Part shown: positions 37,892 to 47,990 of the stretch, piece by piece
Numbering within the stretch: the first letter of the stretch is position 1
Layout: each line of letters begins with the position of its first letter
From: Candidatus Bathyarchaeia archaeon
GTDB taxonomy: Bacteria > Patescibacteriota > Microgenomatia > PFEM01 > JAFGMK01
Assembly (NCBI GenBank): GCA_035529595.1
Contig: DATKWK010000023.1
Coordinates: forward strand, 206,961 to 270,960
Reading direction: 5' to 3'
DNA: 64,000 bases
Translations under genes and position numbers: made by a program
Notes under the pieces: model-generated
What the model saw: the letters and a program-made list of their open reading frames with translations, nothing else
What the model was told of the DNA's origin: nothing
Databases searched by the model: none

Positions 37892-38221
37892 CTAGAAAAA
37901 ATGGCTTTGTAATTCTAGGAGTTTTTCACACTTATAGAGCTGACACTGTTTACAGCTTTTAATGTTTTTAGCAAATCCGCATTTTCTAATTTTGCATTGG
38001 TGACAATATAAATATATTGGACCATTAGATAAGCAGCCTTTACAGTTGATGTCTTTAGGATTAACCGGTGGACGGTTCCTATTGTCGGTACGATATCTTT
38101 TCGTCCAATCTTCAGCGGTTTTTTTTCTCAACTTGTCATCATCAGTTTGGGTGGCGATGAAGGCAGCGCAAGCACTGCAATCCAAGCCGCACATAGCGAT
38201 GTATTTTTGGTTTTTTTTCAT
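37892..38221 (-). CDS. Cys-rich small protein (DUF3795-like zinc-ribbon)
   Basis: CGLDCSAC...CKGC...CHQC...C...CKQC cysteine spacing. Confidence 0.45.
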   Translation of the reverse strand: MKKNQKYIAMCGLDCSACAAFIATQTDDDKLRKKTAEDWTKRYRTDNRNRPPVNPKDINCKGCLSNGPIYLYCHQCKIRKCGFAKNIKSCKQCQLYKCEKLLELQSHFF

Positions 38222-38225
38222 TTTT

Positions 38226-38648
38226 TCAGTTTAAAGGGGCTTTAAAAATTCGTTTTCCTCTTTTTAGTTCTTCGCGTACTCTAACTTTTAACATTTCTTC
38301 AGTCTCATCCCAACCAACAATGAATAAACTCTCTGGGCCTCTGATGGGAAATAGTCTTTGTTGGTGCGGAGTATTTGCTCCTATTGCTCCCTCTTGTCCT
38401 AGTAAAGGACTAGAAAAATAAAGTCCGCCAGATAAAAAATGATGGGCTAACAGCTCTGTCTGGTGCTGAAGTCGGTTCAAATCTTCAGTTACTGCTTTCT
38501 CATTGGAATAAACAATAGAACCATCAGTTAAACACAGCACCGACTCGCCTGCTGCAAGATGGATTTCTTTAAATCCTTCATCTCGAAAGTTCCTTACGAC
38601 TATAGCATGGCCTACAGATGGTTCTCCTTCGCGGTTTTCCATAGCCAT
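38226..38648 (-). CDS. Hypothetical protein
   Basis: 140-aa ORF, 4 nt from the next gene; no motif recognised. Confidence 0.35.
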   Translation of the reverse strand: MAMENREGEPSVGHAIVVRNFRDEGFKEIHLAAGESVLCLTDGSIVYSNEKAVTEDLNRLQHQTELLAHHFLSGGLYFSSPLLGQEGAIGANTPHQQRLFPIRGPESLFIVGWDETEEMLKVRVREELKRGKRIFKAPLN

Positions 38649-38658
38649 ATCGATGTAA

Positions 38659-38838
38659 TTATATTAAAATATGGCAACTTTTGCCTTTGAGCTTTTCAGG
38701 CAACAAGTTTTTGTTTCTATCAGGATATTTTTCGTAACCCTTCCCATATCCTAATTCTTTCATCAATTTGGTAGGTGCGTTTCGTAAATGAAGCGGAATT
38801 GGCAGGTTTCCGTATTTCTTTACATCACTTAAAGCTCT
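38659..38838 (-). pseudogene. Displaced 3'-terminal fragment of a rarA gene (encodes the last ~60 aa; no start codon)
   Basis: Translates to [40 protein letters not shown]..., which is 39/39 identical to the C-terminus of the intact rarA at 40568..41764, while the DNA is only about 80 % identical with mostly synonymous changes. Confidence 0.7.
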
Positions 38839-39284
38839 ATCATATCAAGGTCAGGTCTATCAAATACCCTAGCGCCTTTAACTTTTTTGCCTTTAAGCAT
38901 TTCTTCTTTTAGCTTTTTATAATTTTCAGGCTCTAAGTAAAAATCCACATCGCCTACGTGGTATCTATAGGGGTCGGGTCTACGAATATAAAGATAGGTG
39001 TAAGTAGTTTCTGGAACCTCACCCTTTTTAGGAATGACAATCGGTTTGCGGAGTCGGTAGTATTTCTGATTTACAATCTCCGATTTCTCAGTTAGTCTTT
39101 CTCGTATTTTTATAAGTTTTTTGTATTCGCCTTCGTAGTGGCAAGATACTCCCATATTTCCTGCATTGGGCAAATATTTTCTAAATGACTGCTTACAAAG
39201 TTTGTAGCACTCAAAATGTATATGCTTTATAGCTTCTAAAAGTTGGGTCTCATTTTTAATCGGACTAAATCGGTAAAGCTTCAT
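38829..39284 (-). CDS. Hypothetical protein (islet cargo)
   Basis: 151-aa ORF whose stop overlaps the start of the rarA fragment; no motif recognised. Confidence 0.4.
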   Translation of the reverse strand: MKLYRFSPIKNETQLLEAIKHIHFECYKLCKQSFRKYLPNAGNMGVSCHYEGEYKKLIKIRERLTEKSEIVNQKYYRLRKPIVIPKKGEVPETTYTYLYIRRPDPYRYHVGDVDFYLEPENYKKLKEEMLKGKKVKGARVFDRPDLDMIEL

Positions 39285-39333
39285 AAGTTTTCTGCTAAGA
39301 TAAGTTAATATAAATCAAAAGCAACTTCATCAA

Positions 39334-39768
39334 TTATTTTCTATTTTTCTTATATTCAATAAATTTTTGAATAGTGTCAGAGTAGCTTTCTGCCAAATTC
39401 AAACTAAGAGCTTCTTTTGGCGTTAGCCATTTATATGCCTTGATTTCTACACCATCAAGCTTTACTTTTTCGCCTGCTAACCTATAATACACATCAAAGT
39501 AAATAAAATGTGCTGGACGATGGAAATCTTTTGAATCAATTAGTTCGCCCCAAACAATTACATCAATAAATTTGACTTTCAGACCGACTTCTTCTTCTAC
39601 CTCTCTTGTAATACCTTCAGAAACCTTCTCTCCAGGGTCAATATGACCTCCAGGCATTGTCCACTTATTGCTCCATTTTGGGGATTGGGTCAGTAAGATT
39701 TGGCCTTCTTCGTTTTCAATAATCGCTGAACCAACTACCTCTACGCTCCTCGGGAATTTATTTTTCAT
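39334..39768 (-). CDS. NUDIX hydrolase
   Basis: Nudix box GGHIDPGEKVSEGITREVEEEVGL. Confidence 0.85.
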   Translation of the reverse strand: MKNKFPRSVEVVGSAIIENEEGQILLTQSPKWSNKWTMPGGHIDPGEKVSEGITREVEEEVGLKVKFIDVIVWGELIDSKDFHRPAHFIYFDVYYRLAGEKVKLDGVEIKAYKWLTPKEALSLNLAESYSDTIQKFIEYKKNRK

Positions 39769-39959
39769 TGCCTATATTCTATATCACGGATTCACTGTAG
39801 GCAATTGCAGATTGAGGGTTAGAAGCGAATGAATTTCACTAATGCAAAATATGATCATCTTAATAATGGCTGGTCAACAAGCTCGTTAATTTTTTCAGAT
39901 TTTATACAAAATTTGTAGCCTGTTTTTGGAACTTTTCTTACGAGTCGCACTTGAGGATT

Positions 39960-40220
39960 TTATTTGTATAACTGACTATGAGTGCCCAGTGTCTCGAAAA
40001 TAACAATTGAAGGTTTGTGTTCTGAGTATATTGCTCGCCAGTCGCCAGTGATATTAATACTTTTGTAGCCTTTAAGACTTCCAGTCAACGAATGGTTGTT
40101 CAGAAGAGAGTGATAAGGATTTTCGAGAAAAAACCCAAGTCTTTTGTCAAAAGCAGAACGGATTTTTTTAGGTGCCTGGGTGTATTGCTTGACAAATTTT
40201 CTGCTAAAGCTGGTTCGCAT
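39960..40220 (-). CDS. Type II toxin, RelE/ParE (YafQ-like) family
   Basis: 86 aa; the KFVKQY...LTGSLKGYKSINITGDWRAIY pattern is typical of the RelE/ParE fold. It overlaps the antitoxin gene by 17 nt. Confidence 0.75.
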   Translation of the reverse strand: MRTSFSRKFVKQYTQAPKKIRSAFDKRLGFFLENPYHSLLNNHSLTGSLKGYKSINITGDWRAIYSEHKPSIVIFETLGTHSQLYK

Positions 40221-40506
40221 ACTTTCTATTAGGGTTATTCAACCATTTTATGGCTTCATCTGCTTTGTCAAGAGCAGGAGAAATAAAACCCACTTTAATA
40301 TCTTTTTTAGAGTTTTTTAGAGTTTGTAAAAGATAATCAGTAGGCTCTTCGTTTAGGTTGAAAGAAACACTTTTCGTGCGAATCAATTGCCTTAAGTAGG
40401 CGTTAATGATGGCACTTAAACTCAGGCCTAATTTTTCAGCTACTGCTCGAGCCTGGTTTTTAATTTCGGTATCAGTTCTGATATTAATTAGTGTAGTGTT
40501 ATTCAT
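40204..40506 (-). CDS. Type II antitoxin, RelB/DinJ family (ribbon-helix-helix)
   Basis: INIRTDTEIKNQARAVAEKLGLSLSAIINAYLRQL RHH motif, upstream of and overlapping the toxin. Confidence 0.7.
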   Translation of the reverse strand: MNNTTLINIRTDTEIKNQARAVAEKLGLSLSAIINAYLRQLIRTKSVSFNLNEEPTDYLLQTLKNSKKDIKVGFISPALDKADEAIKWLNNPNRKYANQL

Positions 40507-40567
40507 AGTAAAGTCATTATATACACAATGTGGGTATATGTCAAGAAGCAGAAATTCAAAACCGAAC

Positions 40568-41764
40568 CTAAGATTTATAATACTTTTTACCTTTTATTTT
40601 ATCAGGTAAAAGACTTTTATCCTTATCAGGATATTTTTCATAGCCTTTTCCGTAACCTAATTCTTTCATCAGTTTCGTGGGAGCGTTTCTTAGATGGAGC
40701 GGAATGGGAAGGTTGCCGTACTTTTTTACATCACTTAAAGCCTCCATATAGGCGTCGTAGGCGGAGCGGTCTTTTCTGGCCAATGCCAGGTAGACTGTAC
40801 CGTGAGCCAGGTTTTCTTGGCATTCCGGGTAGCCAATGGTCTCACAAGCCCGGAAAACATCGTTGGCGACCACCAGGGCGGTTGGTTGGGCCATGCCGAT
40901 ATCCTCAGAGGCAAAGATAACCATCCGGCGGGCGATGAACAATGGATCCTCCCCTACCTCGACCATTCGGGCCAGATAATAAAGGGCGGCATCGACGTCC
41001 GAAGCTCGCATGCTTTTTATAAATGAACTGATGGTGTTGTAATGCTCCTCGCCTGCCCGGTCATAGAAGAGATTTTCTTTCTGCGCGGCTGTTTCTATTT
41101 GTGAGACAGTTATCTTTTTAGTCTTAGGAAATAACTTACTCGCGATTTCAATAATATTTAATACCTGACGGGCATCGTGGTTTGCAATCTGCAGTAAGAA
41201 TTTACTCGCATTATTTTCCAAGCTAATTTTAAGATACTTCTCTCCTCTTTTGGCAATTTCTAAGAGATCGGTTTCCGCAAGTTCGCTTAAAGTCAAAACT
41301 CGGCAGCGGGAAAGCAGCGGTCCGATAACCTTAAACGAAGGATTTTCAGTAGTCGCACCGATCAAGATAATCGTTCCGTCTTCCACGTAAGGTAAGAAAG
41401 CATCCTGTTGGGCCTTATTGAAACGGTGAATTTCGTCAATAAAAAGAATTGTTTTACGGCTAAAACCAACTAGATTTTTTTTAGCACCTTCGACTACCTT
41501 ATTGATATCTGCTTTTTTAGCACTGACCGCTGAATATTCAATGAAATCTGATTTTGTGGTCTGAGCAATAATTCGTGCCAGGGTTGTTTTTCCGGATCCG
41601 GGCGGTCCCCAGAGTATCAGTGAGAAAAGATCGCCTTTTTGGATAAATTTTCTGATAATTCCACCCTGGCCGACCAAGTGCTCCTGACCGACGAATTGGT
41701 CAAGATTAACCGGCCGGATTCTTTCGGCGAGCGGCTTGTAAAAGTCAAGTTGAGGCAAATTCAT
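40568..41764 (-). CDS. rarA: Replication-associated recombination protein A (AAA+ ATPase RarA/MgsA)
   Basis: Walker A GPPGSGKTTLA, Walker B LFIDEIHRFNK, and the MgsA C-terminal domain. Confidence 0.9.
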   Translation of the reverse strand: MNLPQLDFYKPLAERIRPVNLDQFVGQEHLVGQGGIIRKFIQKGDLFSLILWGPPGSGKTTLARIIAQTTKSDFIEYSAVSAKKADINKVVEGAKKNLVGFSRKTILFIDEIHRFNKAQQDAFLPYVEDGTIILIGATTENPSFKVIGPLLSRCRVLTLSELAETDLLEIAKRGEKYLKISLENNASKFLLQIANHDARQVLNIIEIASKLFPKTKKITVSQIETAAQKENLFYDRAGEEHYNTISSFIKSMRASDVDAALYYLARMVEVGEDPLFIARRMVIFASEDIGMAQPTALVVANDVFRACETIGYPECQENLAHGTVYLALARKDRSAYDAYMEALSDVKKYGNLPIPLHLRNAPTKLMKELGYGKGYEKYPDKDKSLLPDKIKGKKYYKS

Positions 41765-41957
41765 GCCTCTATCATAACCCGAAGAAAAACCAAAATCAAT
41801 TCTCAGTCGGTGACATTGTTGAATAATTCAATGTCATTCTGAACGAAGTGAAGAATCTAGGTCCGATTAAATCGGACCGTATTTTACGCTATCGCTAGAT
41901 GCTTCGGTCGAAACTTCGATCTCAGGATGACGGTGCGAAAAAAAATATTCAACAGTC

Positions 41958-42383
41958 TCAGTCGGTGACTTCAAATTTGACATCTAAGTCGATATTGGGT
42001 GGCAGCAAAGAAGATTCCCGGAAATTGGCTTTTTTTAATTCCAAATCTAAGTCTTCAAGATCCTTTTCGATTTTAAGAATGGCTGAACTGCTGGCATAAG
42101 CCGAAGCCGAGGCAATGGTTGGTTCTCTGGTCGGTATCTCGGTCGGTACGAGAGGAAGAGGTTTTGGTTTTTCTATTTTGGAAAATTTAGTTAAAATTAC
42201 CAATATGATTACTACAAAAATTAAAACAGAAGCCAAAATTAGTGGTATTTTTTTATCAGGTGAGATTTTTTTAAAAAAGGAGCCAATTCTTGAGAAATCA
42301 GGCAGACGGAAACTTTTTTTTCCGCTTGAATCCCCTTCTATTACCGGGCTGGGAATTACATCGCTGGTATTTTCAATCGCCAC
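41958..42383 (-). CDS. Hypothetical membrane-anchored protein
   Basis: 141 aa with a central TM. Confidence 0.35.
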   Translation of the reverse strand: MAIENTSDVIPSPVIEGDSSGKKSFRLPDFSRIGSFFKKISPDKKIPLILASVLIFVVIILVILTKFSKIEKPKPLPLVPTEIPTREPTIASASAYASSSAILKIEKDLEDLDLELKKANFRESSLLPPNIDLDVKFEVTD

Positions 42384-43251
42384 GTTTTATCTCCTTGACA
42401 ATTTCGATTAATGCACCAAGCGTTTCCTTCAAGTACTGGTGTCCTTGTTCAATAACATAGACTGACCCGTTGAAACTATGGTTTTTTTCTGATGATTTTA
42501 ATTTCTCAGTTATGGTATATGATTTTAACTCGCTAAATTTCTCTTCACTTCTGGATTTGCGGTTTTTGGCTTCGAGCAACCAGCGTTCAATAGTTGAGGT
42601 ATCTTTATCGGCTCGATTGCGAATCTCGATTATTTTATCATCAATAACTTCGATTTGACGCGCTACTAGGTCTTGAAATATATCTTCTTTATAGAGAAAC
42701 ATTTCTAAGAGAGATTGATAAATATATGATTCAGTTCTATTGTACCGGCTTTGGGCAAGATTAGAGATTTTGATTAGATCGGGAATTGTCCCGGCGCTGG
42801 TTAATGTTTCCCGATGCTGGCGGTACCAGGTAATTTCTTCGTCGAGTAGTAAATACAAGACATTAAGTTTGCTTGAGGCAATATTAGTTTCCTCTGCCAA
42901 TTTAGCTCTAAGAGTGATTAAAAAAGCGGCGATTACCTCATCCCGTGATTGAAGCATTCTAATGGTTTGCTCAAGAGCAATCGTTTTTGCCGTTAAAGTT
43001 TTATAGGCTTCATACTGATTTTTTGCCAGCAAATATTCTTTATGAGCTTGAACGTAGGAATTATATACCTGAACATAGTCCCGATAAGCCTTTTCAAAAT
43101 CAAATTCATTCGGGCTGGCAATCAGGTTTATAGAAGGAATAGCGGTCGGCGATTCTTGTTGCGCAAAAATTACAGGCCGGTAACAGAGAAAGAAAACGTA
43201 AACGAAAAACAAACAGAGAACCAATCGGGCAGCAATTAAACGACTTCTCAT
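42373..43251 (-). CDS. Hypothetical secreted coiled-coil protein
   Basis: Signal peptide; 292 aa. Confidence 0.4.
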   Translation of the reverse strand: MRSRLIAARLVLCLFFVYVFFLCYRPVIFAQQESPTAIPSINLIASPNEFDFEKAYRDYVQVYNSYVQAHKEYLLAKNQYEAYKTLTAKTIALEQTIRMLQSRDEVIAAFLITLRAKLAEETNIASSKLNVLYLLLDEEITWYRQHRETLTSAGTIPDLIKISNLAQSRYNRTESYIYQSLLEMFLYKEDIFQDLVARQIEVIDDKIIEIRNRADKDTSTIERWLLEAKNRKSRSEEKFSELKSYTITEKLKSSEKNHSFNGSVYVIEQGHQYLKETLGALIEIVKEIKRGD

Positions 43252-43400
43252 TAGCTCTAGTTTAGACTTTTTTTAACTGGCTTGTCAATTACGTCGAGTT
43301 GACTGTAGTTTTCCTTCAAAATTAACCAAATAAGATCTTTACAAGATTATTAAGTTATACAGTATAAAGTCAAAATACCAGAAGGGTAAGAATCTGAAAC

Positions 43401-43760
43401 TCAATGCTTATTATACAGATAAGAAAATAAGATAAATAAGGGGTCGTTAGTAACTTTACTTTTTGTTATAAAAAAAATCGAAAAAACAAAGATAAAAAGT
43501 CCTGCTAAAATGTGGACAGTTTTAATTTGATCAGTCGGTTTTACCAGTAAAGCGATTCCGTAAAAACCATCAATTACGGTTGAAACATAGATAATGATAG
43601 CTTTTTCAACTAATCCTTCTTGGATCTGGAAAGAGTGGTATTCATTTGTATGGAATATTATTGGATAGATGAAAAAAATTGATACTGCCGAAAGTATTAT
43701 GTGATAAAAACCAAAGATAATAAGAAGGTAAGATACAATTTTTGACAGGATGTTTTTCAT
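43401..43760 (-). CDS. Small polytopic membrane protein
   Basis: Start trimmed to an internal Met (MKNILSK) to avoid a 95-nt overlap with the permease gene; three or four TM helices. Confidence 0.35.
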   Translation of the reverse strand: MKNILSKIVSYLLIIFGFYHIILSAVSIFFIYPIIFHTNEYHSFQIQEGLVEKAIIIYVSTVIDGFYGIALLVKPTDQIKTVHILAGLFIFVFSIFFITKSKVTNDPLFILFSYLYNKH

Positions 43761-43761
43761 T

Positions 43762-44976
43762 CTACTCATAGCGTAGGGCGGTAATCGGATCAAGACGGGC
43801 AGCTTTTGCTGCCGGTGCGACGCCAAAAATAATGCCGACCAGTGAGGAAACTCCAAATGATAGAATTATCGCCCAAGGAGCGATCGTTGTTTGAATAAAA
43901 TAATTAATTGCCAAAGAACCGAGAACGCCGATTATGATACCGATTAAGCCGCCACAAACAGAAAAAATAACCGCTTCGGCGATAAACTGGATAAGAATCG
44001 CTCTGGGGGGAGCGCCAACTGCCTTTCTTAAGCCAATTTCCCTGGTTCTTTCAGTGACGGAAACGAGCATGATATTCATTATGCCGATTCCGCCTACCAA
44101 AAGTGATATGGCAGCGATGCCACCGAGGGCGGCAGTTAAAACACTCAGTATTGAAGAGATGGTATCTAAGAGACTCTTAGTGTCTAAAACCGAAAAATCT
44201 TCTTTTTCAAAGTCTTCCAGTAAGATATCTTCGATTTCTTGTTTTGTTTCGCTGACAGTTTCCGCACTTTCAGAGACGATCCAAAAGGATTGTATATATT
44301 CCAATTCATTTAAATCCATCACCGTAGTCCAGGGGGCAAATGCCAGATCGTCATAGCTGACACCGGCAAAGCCACCCTTTTCTTCGAGTACGCCAATCAC
44401 GGTATATCGCTGATCGGAGATGGTGATTTTTTTACCGATAGGGTCTTGATTTCCAAAAAGCTCTTCAGCCGCTTTTGTGCCCAGAATAACTACTCTTTTG
44501 CTGCTTCTTTCTTGAGAAGGAGTGAAAAAACTGCCCTCGATTACATTCTGATTTCTGATCTCCGGGTATTCACTGCCGACTCCGGATAATTGGGTGATAT
44601 GAGTTTTGCTCTGGTATTTAAGACTGGCGTTGGATTCGATGTAAGGCATGATATATTTTATCGTTTTAGCCTTGCTTTTCAGTTTAGACAAATGGCGCTC
44701 GGTAAATTTGGGTAAGGCAGCGCCCGCTCCCGGGGTACTGCCGGTGTTACCACCATCCGAACCGAGACCAATGTTTCCCGGCATTACAAAAACTGTGTTT
44801 GAGCCCAGCTCTGATAATTGTTTAGTGATGTAGTTTTTAAGTCCAGTGCCAATTGAAAGCAGTAGAATTACCGAGCTAACTCCAATAACAATACCCAGCA
44901 TGGTTAAAAAAGACCGCGTCTTATTTGCCTTAAGAGCGCTAAAGGCAATTTTTATTGTTTCACTCAATTCAATCAT
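43762..44976 (-). CDS. ABC transporter permease, MacB/FtsX-like
   Basis: N-terminal TM, large periplasmic domain, C-terminal FtsX-type 3-TM bundle. Confidence 0.8.
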   Translation of the reverse strand: MIELSETIKIAFSALKANKTRSFLTMLGIVIGVSSVILLLSIGTGLKNYITKQLSELGSNTVFVMPGNIGLGSDGGNTGSTPGAGAALPKFTERHLSKLKSKAKTIKYIMPYIESNASLKYQSKTHITQLSGVGSEYPEIRNQNVIEGSFFTPSQERSSKRVVILGTKAAEELFGNQDPIGKKITISDQRYTVIGVLEEKGGFAGVSYDDLAFAPWTTVMDLNELEYIQSFWIVSESAETVSETKQEIEDILLEDFEKEDFSVLDTKSLLDTISSILSVLTAALGGIAAISLLVGGIGIMNIMLVSVTERTREIGLRKAVGAPPRAILIQFIAEAVIFSVCGGLIGIIIGVLGSLAINYFIQTTIAPWAIILSFGVSSLVGIIFGVAPAAKAARLDPITALRYE

Positions 44977-45656
44977 GTTGTCGGGCTGTCGGAGATAATT
45001 TTGCCGTCCCGGACACGGACGATTCTTTTAGCAAAGGCGGCAATTTCTCCTTCATGAGTAACCATAACGATAGTTATCCCCTTTTGATTTAAAGAAGTAA
45101 AAATAGCCATGATTTCTTGACCTGACTTTGTATCCAAATTACCGGTGGGTTCGTCGGCCATAATCACTCTCGGATTATTTACCAATGCCCTGGCAATAGC
45201 CACTCTTTGCTGCTCGCCGCCGGAAAGTTGATTGGGAAAGTGATTTATTCGGTCTTTTAAACCGACTCTTTCCAGAGCAGCCAGAGCTTTTTCTTTTCTG
45301 ATTTTCATTTTCATGCCGACATAGATTAAGGGCAAGGAAACATTATCTACCGCAGTCATACGAGGGATCAAATTGAAGCTCTGAAAGACAAAACCGATTT
45401 CCCGACTGCGAATGTTTGCCAGTTCGGTTTCATTTAAATTGGATACGTTCCGGTTGTTAAAGATAATTTTTCCTGAGCTGGGAGTATCCAAACAGCCAGC
45501 CAGATGCATGAGAGTTGATTTACCGCTACCCGAGGGACCCATAATAGCGACAAACTCTCCGCTCTCGACTTCAAAGTCATCCCGGTCAAGTGCCGTGACC
45601 GATACTCCATCCATTTGATAGACTTTGGAGACATTGACTAACTTAAGAAGAGGCAT
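44973..45656 (-). CDS. ABC transporter ATP-binding protein (MacB/LolD-type)
   Basis: Walker A GPSGSGKST, signature LSGGEQQRVAIARAL, Walker B IMADEPTGNLD. Confidence 0.9.
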   Translation of the reverse strand: MPLLKLVNVSKVYQMDGVSVTALDRDDFEVESGEFVAIMGPSGSGKSTLMHLAGCLDTPSSGKIIFNNRNVSNLNETELANIRSREIGFVFQSFNLIPRMTAVDNVSLPLIYVGMKMKIRKEKALAALERVGLKDRINHFPNQLSGGEQQRVAIARALVNNPRVIMADEPTGNLDTKSGQEIMAIFTSLNQKGITIVMVTHEGEIAAFAKRIVRVRDGKIISDSPTT

Positions 45657-45665
45657 ATTATTTAT

Positions 45666-46754
45666 TTATTTTTTTGCCGGCTTTTTCTTTTCACCGATAA
45701 TTACTTTTTCATCACCAGCCAAACCGGAAATTATCTCGATCCGGCTGTCGTTGAAGATTCCGGTTTTAATTTCCAGCGTCTGAATTTTTTTATCGGTAAT
45801 AATTTTTACCAGAGTTTTTCCGTCTTTTTCTTCAATCGCGTCAAGCGGTAAGCTGAGAATATTTTCTCTTTCAGCGATAATGATTTCGGCATCACCGTTC
45901 ATGCCAATTTTAAATCTGTAATCATTGTTTTCGGGAAGCAGGGCTTCAATAGAAAAAGCAGTTCCGCCGCCTCTAGTAGTGGTAGAGGTAAAGTCGATTT
46001 TACTGATTTCGCCAGTTAACTCCTGATCGGAGTAAGCGCTCAGATTGATAATGAGCTTTTGGCCGACTCTTACCTGAGCGATGTCCGCCTCATCAACGTT
46101 GGCTTCAAAGATCATGGTTTCCGGATTAGCAACGGTAAAGGTAGCGGTTGCCGGTGTAATATTGATCCCGGCGATAACAGTGTCCATGTTAGTGACCAGA
46201 CCGTCGATCGGTGAATAAATAGTCGCCAGATTATAGGCTTCTTGAGCTATTTCAACATCCAAAACAGTCTTATTCAAATCAAATTGAGCTTTTTCCAGTA
46301 TTCTTTTGGCAGCTTCGGTGAGTAAGGATTTTTCCAAGGGTAAACCGGAAGTCTTGTTATCGGCATGGCTCTGCTCGAAATCCCATCTTTCGTTCAGGTA
46401 ATCATAAACTTCTTTTTCCAGACTTCTCTTAAGGTCTTTTTTATCTAAAGAAGCGATTGCCTGCCATTTTTTTACGTGATCGCCTTTCTTTACCCCGATC
46501 CAGGCAAGTTCACCCGAAGTTTGAAATTTTAAGGTTACCTGTTCTTTTGCCTTGACAGTTCCGGAAACATCAACCGATTGGATTAAATCTGAACTTCGGG
46601 GATTAACAGTTTCATACTCGGATTCGGGGCCGGCAAGGATTGCCTTTACTTTCCGGGGTAGATAAATTGTTGCCACAAGAACTAGAAGTATAATCACACC
46701 TACTTTAACCGGATGTGATTTTATCCACTGATAGAGGCGGAATAATATCTTCAT
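45666..46754 (-). CDS. Periplasmic adaptor / membrane-fusion protein (HlyD/MacA family)
   Basis: N-terminal TM, coiled-coil hairpin and beta-barrel/lipoyl regions; sits upstream of the ABC pair. Confidence 0.7.
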   Translation of the reverse strand: MKILFRLYQWIKSHPVKVGVIILLVLVATIYLPRKVKAILAGPESEYETVNPRSSDLIQSVDVSGTVKAKEQVTLKFQTSGELAWIGVKKGDHVKKWQAIASLDKKDLKRSLEKEVYDYLNERWDFEQSHADNKTSGLPLEKSLLTEAAKRILEKAQFDLNKTVLDVEIAQEAYNLATIYSPIDGLVTNMDTVIAGINITPATATFTVANPETMIFEANVDEADIAQVRVGQKLIINLSAYSDQELTGEISKIDFTSTTTRGGGTAFSIEALLPENNDYRFKIGMNGDAEIIIAERENILSLPLDAIEEKDGKTLVKIITDKKIQTLEIKTGIFNDSRIEIISGLAGDEKVIIGEKKKPAKK

Positions 46755-46936
46755 TGATTGCTATTTTATCTTTCTTTAGGCCAAAAAAACAAGTATCTGT
46801 TCATAATAAACCCCAGACTGGGAGCAAATATTATTCCAAAGCAAGGTAAAAACTTAAGGCAGGAGAAAAAATCAGCTCAGAAAGGTGCGGATTTAGACCG
46901 GGAAATTCAATTGAATTATGTTAGCAATAATAACAA

Positions 46937-47533
46937 TCAACCGATTAGCGATTTCATACGGTCTTGGAACGCATCAAAGCTAGAATAAAATTCAGAATGA
47001 AACCCGAAACTTTTTGCTGACTTTACATTTTCCGTATCGTCGTCCCACACCAAAACTTCGGATTTATTTGGTTTGCCAAGATGTTTGTGAATCGCTGACC
47101 AAAATTCTGGTTGTGGTTTCAGGAAACCAAGTTCAGCGGAAGAAAAAACTGCGTCAAAAAAGTTTTTCAAACCAAGATTATCAAATAGATATTGAACGCG
47201 ATATTTTTCGTTATTAGTGTCCAAGTAACAGCGCATGCCACGATTTCTTAAATTTTTTACGCATTCGAGCAATTTCTTATCCAGATTGCTTTCGTGTTCA
47301 AACCAAAACGAAAGCAGATCTTCAACCGATCTTTGCCAATTCCATTGATCAAGATATTTAGCCAGTTCTTGTTTTAAGTCAGCCTCGTTGACTAAACAAA
47401 GCTGAAATTCATTTTTGAAAAACGGGAGTACCTTTTTTATCGGTACTCCGAATTTTTCGGAGAAGCGCTGGCTAAAATACATTTCCCGATGGATAACCAT
47501 ACCATCGGTATCGAATATAACTGTCTTTATCAT
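46937..47533 (-). CDS. HAD-superfamily hydrolase
   Basis: Motif I VIFDTDGM at the N-terminus; about 198 aa. Confidence 0.6.
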   Translation of the reverse strand: MIKTVIFDTDGMVIHREMYFSQRFSEKFGVPIKKVLPFFKNEFQLCLVNEADLKQELAKYLDQWNWQRSVEDLLSFWFEHESNLDKKLLECVKNLRNRGMRCYLDTNNEKYRVQYLFDNLGLKNFFDAVFSSAELGFLKPQPEFWSAIHKHLGKPNKSEVLVWDDDTENVKSAKSFGFHSEFYSSFDAFQDRMKSLIG

Positions 47534-47654
47534 AAAAATTAGTAATTTTCTTTACCCCATACAAATTACTAGTTCGTTTATGCCCCCAAATTAAATATGA
47601 ATTAGTGACAAGCGACACGAGGCGAATCAAGACCGCCTGCAATTTCCTACGTAG

Positions 47655-47738
47655 TGCCGAGGGTGGGATTTGAACCCACACAAGGTTTCCCCCACAGGAT
47701 CCTAAATCCTGCGCGTCTGCCAATTCCGCCACCCCGGC
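47655..47738 (-). tRNA. tRNA-Leu(TAG), type II with a long variable arm
   Basis: GCCGGGGTGGCGGAATTGGCAGACGC..., anticodon loop TTTAGGA, T-loop GGTTCAAATCC; 84 nt; CCA not encoded. Confidence 0.85.
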
Positions 47739-47745
47739 ATTTTCA

Positions 47746-47988
47746 TTAAAGTGTCCGTTTTAAATATGATCTTCCAAAGCCAGATTTAAGTTGCTTTTCT
47801 CTAAGAATCGCTTTTTCCTTTGAAAGACAAGCTTCAAAGTAGACAAGATTAAAGGGTAGTCTATTTTTTGTTACCCTAATTTTCCCCAGGTTATGTTTTT
47901 TATATCTCTTTCTAAGGTTATGAGTCCATCCAATATAATATTTATCATCTAAGCTACTTTTTAATACGTATGTATAATAAAATCTCAT
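47746..47988 (-). CDS. GIY-YIG nuclease-family small protein (UPF0213/YhbQ-like)
   Basis: MRFYYTYVLKSSLDDKYYIGWTHNLRKRYKKHNLG carries the GIY...YIG plus R and HN core. The start is placed at the Met just after the tRNA-like fragment. Confidence 0.7.
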   Translation of the reverse strand: MRFYYTYVLKSSLDDKYYIGWTHNLRKRYKKHNLGKIRVTKNRLPFNLVYFEACLSKEKAILREKQLKSGFGRSYLKRTL

Positions 47989-47990
47989 TT

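Noticed and set aside
40528-41026. + strand ORFs 40528..40920 and 40802..41026
   Set aside because: Antisense to rarA; Arg/Pro/Gly-rich shadow translations.
46758-46988. 76-aa + strand ORF between the MFP and HAD genes
   Set aside because: No RBS, and the Lys/Asn-rich low-complexity translation reflects AT-rich intergenic DNA.
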